Source of the DNA: an uncultured archaeon
Lineage (GTDB): Archaea > Asgardarchaeota > Jordiarchaeia > Jordiarchaeales > Jordiarchaeaceae
Assembly: GCA_964510585.1 (NCBI GenBank)
Contig: CAZECW010000114.1
Location: 5,746-37,745, forward strand
Reading direction: 5' to 3'
DNA: 32,000 bases
The position numbers and the translations under genes were made by a program. The notes under the pieces were generated by a model. It saw nothing but the letters and a program-made list of their open reading frames with translations. It was not told the origin of the DNA and did no database searches. Of this stretch, positions 27,801 through 32,000 are shown piece after piece. Position 1 is the first letter of the stretch. The number at the start of each line of letters is the position of its first letter.

Positions 27801-28400
27801 ATGAAGAAAGGGGTTATTAGAAGCCCTGACACTGAAAGGGAGAATAGGGTTCCTCCGGGTCAGAGGGTTGTAGAGAAATTGCCGGTTCTTCACTACGGAA
27901 GGATACCGGAAATAGACGTTTCAAAGTGGACATTTAGAATTTGGGGCTTAGTGAGAAAAGAACGAATTCTTAATTATGAAGAGTTCATGTCGCTTCCCAT
28001 GGTGAAGGTGTTTTCGGATGTCCACTGTGTTACTGGCTGGTCCAAACTTAATAATCTCTGGGAGGGAGTGAGCACCAGTGTCATAAAAGAACTTGTTGAC
28101 ATACTTCCGGAAGCTAAATTCGTTATGGTTCACTCGGTTGGAGGGTTCACAACTAACCTGACTCTCAGCGATTTCTTCCAGCCGGACGTCTTGTTTGCCG
28201 TTAAACACGATGGAGAAACAATCACACCAGCCCACGGTTACCCAGTGAGACTCGTGGTCCCTAGACTGTATTTCTGGAAAAGCGCGAAATGGGTTACAGG
28301 TGTGGAGTTTATGGAGAAGGATAAGAGGGGATTTTGGGAAGAACGCGGATATCACAATCATGGTGATCCATGGAAGGAGGAGAGATACAGCAGCTATTAA
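27801..28400 (+). CDS. Sulfite oxidase-like molybdopterin-binding oxidoreductase (Oxidored_molyb, single domain)
   Basis: RVPPGQ, DVHCVTGWS, HGYPVRLVVP, WKSAKW, GFWEERGYH..GDPW. Confidence 0.9.
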   Translation: MKKGVIRSPDTERENRVPPGQRVVEKLPVLHYGRIPEIDVSKWTFRIWGLVRKERILNYEEFMSLPMVKVFSDVHCVTGWSKLNNLWEGVSTSVIKELVDILPEAKFVMVHSVGGFTTNLTLSDFFQPDVLFAVKHDGETITPAHGYPVRLVVPRLYFWKSAKWVTGVEFMEKDKRGFWEERGYHNHGDPWKEERYSSY

Positions 28401-28496
28401 TTAATGAAATATTTCCTATCTGCAGCTCTTCAAACTGACCAAAAATTTACTAGATATTGGTTTGTTGATTTTAGGTAAAGGTTTGTTAATTGTTGG

Positions 28497-30692
28497 ATGT
28501 GGTTAGATTTGGCAAGATTGTTAATAGTTTCGAATAGATTGCCGGTAAACATTGTGAAAAGAGGAGGTAAATTGAGTTTCCAGTCTAGTGTTGGAGGGCT
28601 GGTTACCGGGTTAGGGCCAGTTCATAAGTCGCGAGATAGTTTGTGGATTGGATGGCTGGGGATTACATTAGATAAATTTGGGGAGGAGGAAAAGGAGGAG
28701 ATTCTTGAAAGGCTGGCTACGAAGGGCTTGTCGCCAGTTTTTCTGTCAGAAGAAGATGTTGAAAATTACTATAACGGCTTTTGTAATGAAACAATCTGGC
28801 CTCTTTTTCATTACTTTCCAGAATTCACCGTATATAGCAAAGAGTACTGGGAGTCTTACGTCAGAGTGAACAGGGCTTTTTGTGAAGCAATTGTTGAAAA
28901 CGCCCAGCCTGAGGATGTAATTTGGATTCATGACTATCATTTGATGCTGCTTCCAAAGCTGGTAAGAAACCAGTTGCCAGACGCGACCATAGGCTTCTTC
29001 CTTCACATCCCCTTCCCCTCCTTTGAAGTGTTTCATCTGCTTCCGTGGCGCAATGAAATTGTTAAGGGACTCTTGGGGGCTGATCTCATAGGTTTTCACA
29101 CTTACGACTATGTTAGATACTTTTTATCTAGTGTTCGGCGGATTTTGGGACTGGAACATACTCTGGGACAGATCACCCTAGAAAACCGCTTGGTAAGGGT
29201 AGAAACCTTCCCTATGGGGATAGAGTACGAGAAATTCGCTGGGATTGAACGTGACCCTAAGGTACAGAGAGAAATCAGAAATATTCGTAAAAAGGTGGGG
29301 GAACGTAAAATAATTTTATCGATTGACCGTTTAGACTACACTAAGGGTATACCTCAAAGATTGGAAGCATTTGACACCTTTTTGACGAATCATCCAGAAT
29401 ACAGGCAGAAGGTTACTCTGGTTATGGTTGCTGTGCCTTCACGAACAGAGATAGAAAGCTACATTACGTTAAAAAGGCAGGTTGACGAACTCGTCGGTAG
29501 AATTAATGGTACCCATGGAACAATAGGCTGGGTGCCGGTATGGTACCTTTATCGTTCCTTGCCTTTTTATACCCTAGTCAGCCTGTATCGAGTTGCAGAT
29601 GTTGCCCTAGTAACACCCCTCAGAGATGGAATGAACCTAATATCCAAAGAATTTATTGCCACAAAAACTGATGGAAAAGGCGTACTGATTCTTAGCGAGA
29701 TGACCGGAGCCGCAAAAGAGTTAAGCGAAGCAATCATAGTAAACCCAAACAATAGAGAGGAGATCGCAGAAGCCATAAGAGAAGCTTTAGAAATGCCAGA
29801 GCAGGAACAGATTGAGAGAAATAGAAATATGCAAAGCAGACTACGCCGCTACGACATTGTAAGGTGGGTGAACGAATTCATGGAGAGGTTAAACAACATT
29901 AAAAGCCTACAAAAGGAACTAAACGCCAAAATATTAACAAATGGTGACAGGAAAAAAATAATTGAGGATTACGTTAAAAGTAATAATCGCTTAATTTTGT
30001 TGGATTATGATGGCACCCTCATCCCATTTGCTCCAAGACCCCAAGACGCAAAACCGGATGAGGAAATCCTAAATCTACTTAGAACACTAGTCCAAGATTC
30101 CAAGAATGAAGTAATACTAATAAGCGGAAGGGAGAGAGGCACACTAGAAAGCTGGTTCGGCAGCCTCAATGTGGGCTTAACTGCTGAGCATGGAGTTTGG
30201 GTGAAGGATAAGGCAAAACCATGGGAGATCATAAAACCCTTGAAAAATGATTGGAAAAAAACAATCCGCCCCTACCTGGAGCTGTACACGGATAGAACCC
30301 CTGGTTCCTTCATAGAGGAGAAGGAATTTTCTCTTGTTTGGCACTACCGGAAGGCAGACCCTGAAATGGGTGCAATGAATGTGAGGCAGTTAAAGGACGA
30401 CCTTTTATATGTTGCCGCCAGTCTTAATCTTGGGGTTTTAGAAGGTAACAAAGTGATTGAAATCAAAAACGCCGGAATAGACAAAGGACTTGCCACATCA
30501 CGCTGGCTATCGAAAAGAAACTGGGACTTCATCATAGCAATAGGCGACGATTTAACAGACGAGGACACCTTCGCCGCACTTCCAGAACACGCATACACAA
30601 TAAAAGTAGGCTTAGGGCCGTCACGAGCAAAGTACAATCTAAAATCTGTAAGCGACGTGAGGTCGCTGCTAAAAGAATTGGCTAAAATATAG
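28497..30692 (+). CDS. Bifunctional trehalose-6-phosphate synthase/phosphatase (GT20 fused to HAD)
   Basis: LIVSNRLP, GGLVTG, WIHDYHL, FFLHIPFP, DRLDYTKG, RDGMNL, then LDYDGTL, SGR, AEHG, IGDDLTDED. The start may be TTG at 28509. Confidence 0.95.
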   Translation: MWLDLARLLIVSNRLPVNIVKRGGKLSFQSSVGGLVTGLGPVHKSRDSLWIGWLGITLDKFGEEEKEEILERLATKGLSPVFLSEEDVENYYNGFCNETIWPLFHYFPEFTVYSKEYWESYVRVNRAFCEAIVENAQPEDVIWIHDYHLMLLPKLVRNQLPDATIGFFLHIPFPSFEVFHLLPWRNEIVKGLLGADLIGFHTYDYVRYFLSSVRRILGLEHTLGQITLENRLVRVETFPMGIEYEKFAGIERDPKVQREIRNIRKKVGERKIILSIDRLDYTKGIPQRLEAFDTFLTNHPEYRQKVTLVMVAVPSRTEIESYITLKRQVDELVGRINGTHGTIGWVPVWYLYRSLPFYTLVSLYRVADVALVTPLRDGMNLISKEFIATKTDGKGVLILSEMTGAAKELSEAIIVNPNNREEIAEAIREALEMPEQEQIERNRNMQSRLRRYDIVRWVNEFMERLNNIKSLQKELNAKILTNGDRKKIIEDYVKSNNRLILLDYDGTLIPFAPRPQDAKPDEEILNLLRTLVQDSKNEVILISGRERGTLESWFGSLNVGLTAEHGVWVKDKAKPWEIIKPLKNDWKKTIRPYLELYTDRTPGSFIEEKEFSLVWHYRKADPEMGAMNVRQLKDDLLYVAASLNLGVLEGNKVIEIKNAGIDKGLATSRWLSKRNWDFIIAIGDDLTDEDTFAALPEHAYTIKVGLGPSRAKYNLKSVSDVRSLLKELAKI

Positions 30693-30912
30693 CAACTAAT
30701 GCGGAAAGGTGCACTATCTAGTCTTTACCAACAAAATATTATAAATGGGAACAAGACACATTAGAGGAATTAGAGTCTCCGTTCGTTTATAAATGCCAGT
30801 ACCATTGTGGTTACTCTGAATAAATAGAAAAATGTAAAAAAATAATTTTAAAAACAGAAAAAATTAGTTGAAAGTTTTTCATTTTAATTCAAATATTGGA
30901 GGTTCTGTAATT

Positions 30913-31864
30913 ATGAAAGTTTTAGATAGGGTGCGTGAAGCTGCAGGAAAAGCCGGATTGGATGCGGTGTTAGCTTTAAGCCCCGAGAATTTTTACTACT
31001 GCAGTGGATGTCCCAGCTACATTCTCTATACAGGGAGAATTGCTGGTTTGGCAATTGTGGTTGTTCCAACAGTGGAGAGTTATGATCCGGTTATGATAAT
31101 TAACGATTTTGAGGAGGAAGAGATTCGGCGTAAATCTTTTGTAAAGGACATTCGAACCTATCCCATGTGGGTGGATATTGACAGGGGAGAAGAAACTGTT
31201 GAGAAGGCGGGGTTAGAGCGTAAGGGAGAATCTATAAATCCCATGGATATAGTGAACTTGTTGGAAGAAGCCTTGAAGGATTTGAGTTTATTAGAGGGAA
31301 AAATCGGGGTTGAAACTCTCTTTGTTCAGGGCTTAATATGGGACTTATTGAAAGGAAAATTTCCCAAGGCCAAATTTTTGGATTGCGCATCTGTTTTCTA
31401 TGAAGCTAGAAGGGTTAAAACTGAGGGGGAAATTATTAATCTGCGTAACGCCGCAGAGATAGCTGAGAAGGCTATCATCAAAACAGTTGAGCAACCTGTT
31501 ATGGGGGCTACTGAGGAAGAACTTGTTAAACGTTTCCAGAAGTCTGTCATTGAAGATGTGAGAAGCACAGGGTATAGGCACACCATCATCAACATTGGTG
31601 AATTTTTTTCTCCCACGTATTTTCCCCGCAAGAACGCTGCGAAGGTGGGAGACCTAGTCAAATTTGATGTGGGTGCTGATTATAGAGGGTATGGTTCAGA
31701 TATTGGAAGGACCTTCGTTGTGAAAAAGGCTACATCCAAGCAAATAAAAGTTCACGACGCATTAATGAAGGCGCACAACGCAGCCTTAGAAAAAGTTAAG
31801 CCAGGGGTCAGAATGTCAGAAGTGTTTAAAGTTGGACAAAAAGTTGCAAGAGAAAATGGATTAC
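30913..31864 (+). pseudogene. M24 (Xaa-Pro peptidase/creatinase-like) family gene truncated by IS insertion
   Basis: Creatinase-like N domain (SPENFYYCSG), RRVKTEGEI, FDVGADYRGYGSDIGRT. The C-terminal GHGxG, E..P and ED metal-ligand segments are absent. Homology stops at ...ENGL where the IS end begins. ATG 30913 follows GGAGGT. Confidence 0.75.
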
Positions 31865-32000
31865 AAAACCTTGGCGAGAAAGCCCCCGACTTTAGTCGTG
31901 GGGATGAATCGCCAGAAAGTTTATTTGAAAGTATGGTATATAAATAGTTGTTGGTAGCTGAAGGGTTTGGCTTGGGCTTAAGAGGCTAAACAAGACGCAG
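31865..32000 (+). mobile_element. IS200/IS605 family (IS608-like) left end; the element continues beyond the window
   Basis: TTAC (31861-31864), then 14 nt, then AAAG (31879-31882), then hairpin CCCC-CGACT-tt-AGTCG-t-GGGG (31883-31903) with a bulged T, all enclosed by TGGCGA/TCGCCA arms. No transposase is visible in the window. Confidence 0.8.

Noticed and set aside
1021-31661. Numerous 60-220 aa track ORFs overlapping the long genes (e.g. 6955..7617, 13605..14273, 4477..4929)
   Set aside because: Antisense or off-frame shadows of well-supported genes, with no motifs of their own.
31948-32000. Possible start of an IS gene (…LGLKRLNKTQ, faintly like some TnpB N-termini)
   Set aside because: No in-frame start codon after the TGA at 31959 and too little sequence to judge.
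1-32000. CRISPR arrays, rRNA or tRNA genes
   Set aside because: No regularly spaced repeat-spacer units or structured RNA genes were seen in the intergenic regions on visual inspection.

Overview
Probably archaeal: GGAGG/GGTGA ribosome-binding sites, TATA-like AT tracts, T-run terminators, HerA/NurA and a tungsten-type AOR point that way, but the lineage cannot be assigned from sequence alone. Most of the window is anaerobic heterotrophic metabolism: an acyl-CoA dehydrogenase 5' part (missing from the ORF track), two TPP enzymes, tandem GlcD-like FAD oxidoreductases plus a GlcF/HdrD-like Fe-S protein, IlvD, two Gfo/Idh/MocA oxidoreductases, DUF362-AOR-MoaD, SCP2 plus Fe-ADH, a GH57-like hydrolase, a sulfite-oxidase-like protein and a fused TPS/TPP. 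A self-contained divergent cassette (17748-23883) sits inside this. Its left arm is a coupled herA-nurA-unknown (295 aa) operon with no mre11/rad50. Its right arm is five tandem, paralogous ~100-aa winged-helix genes. The AT-rich 517-bp spacer between the arms carries two copies of a 41-bp element, CCTATCA-N27-TGATAG(G/T). This cassette is the best candidate for an undescribed system. At the right edge, an IS608-like IS200/IS605 left end (TTAC target, AAAG guide, bulged hairpin) truncates an M24 peptidase gene. No CRISPR array, tRNA or rRNA was seen. All family assignments are motif recognition by eye; no database search was run.
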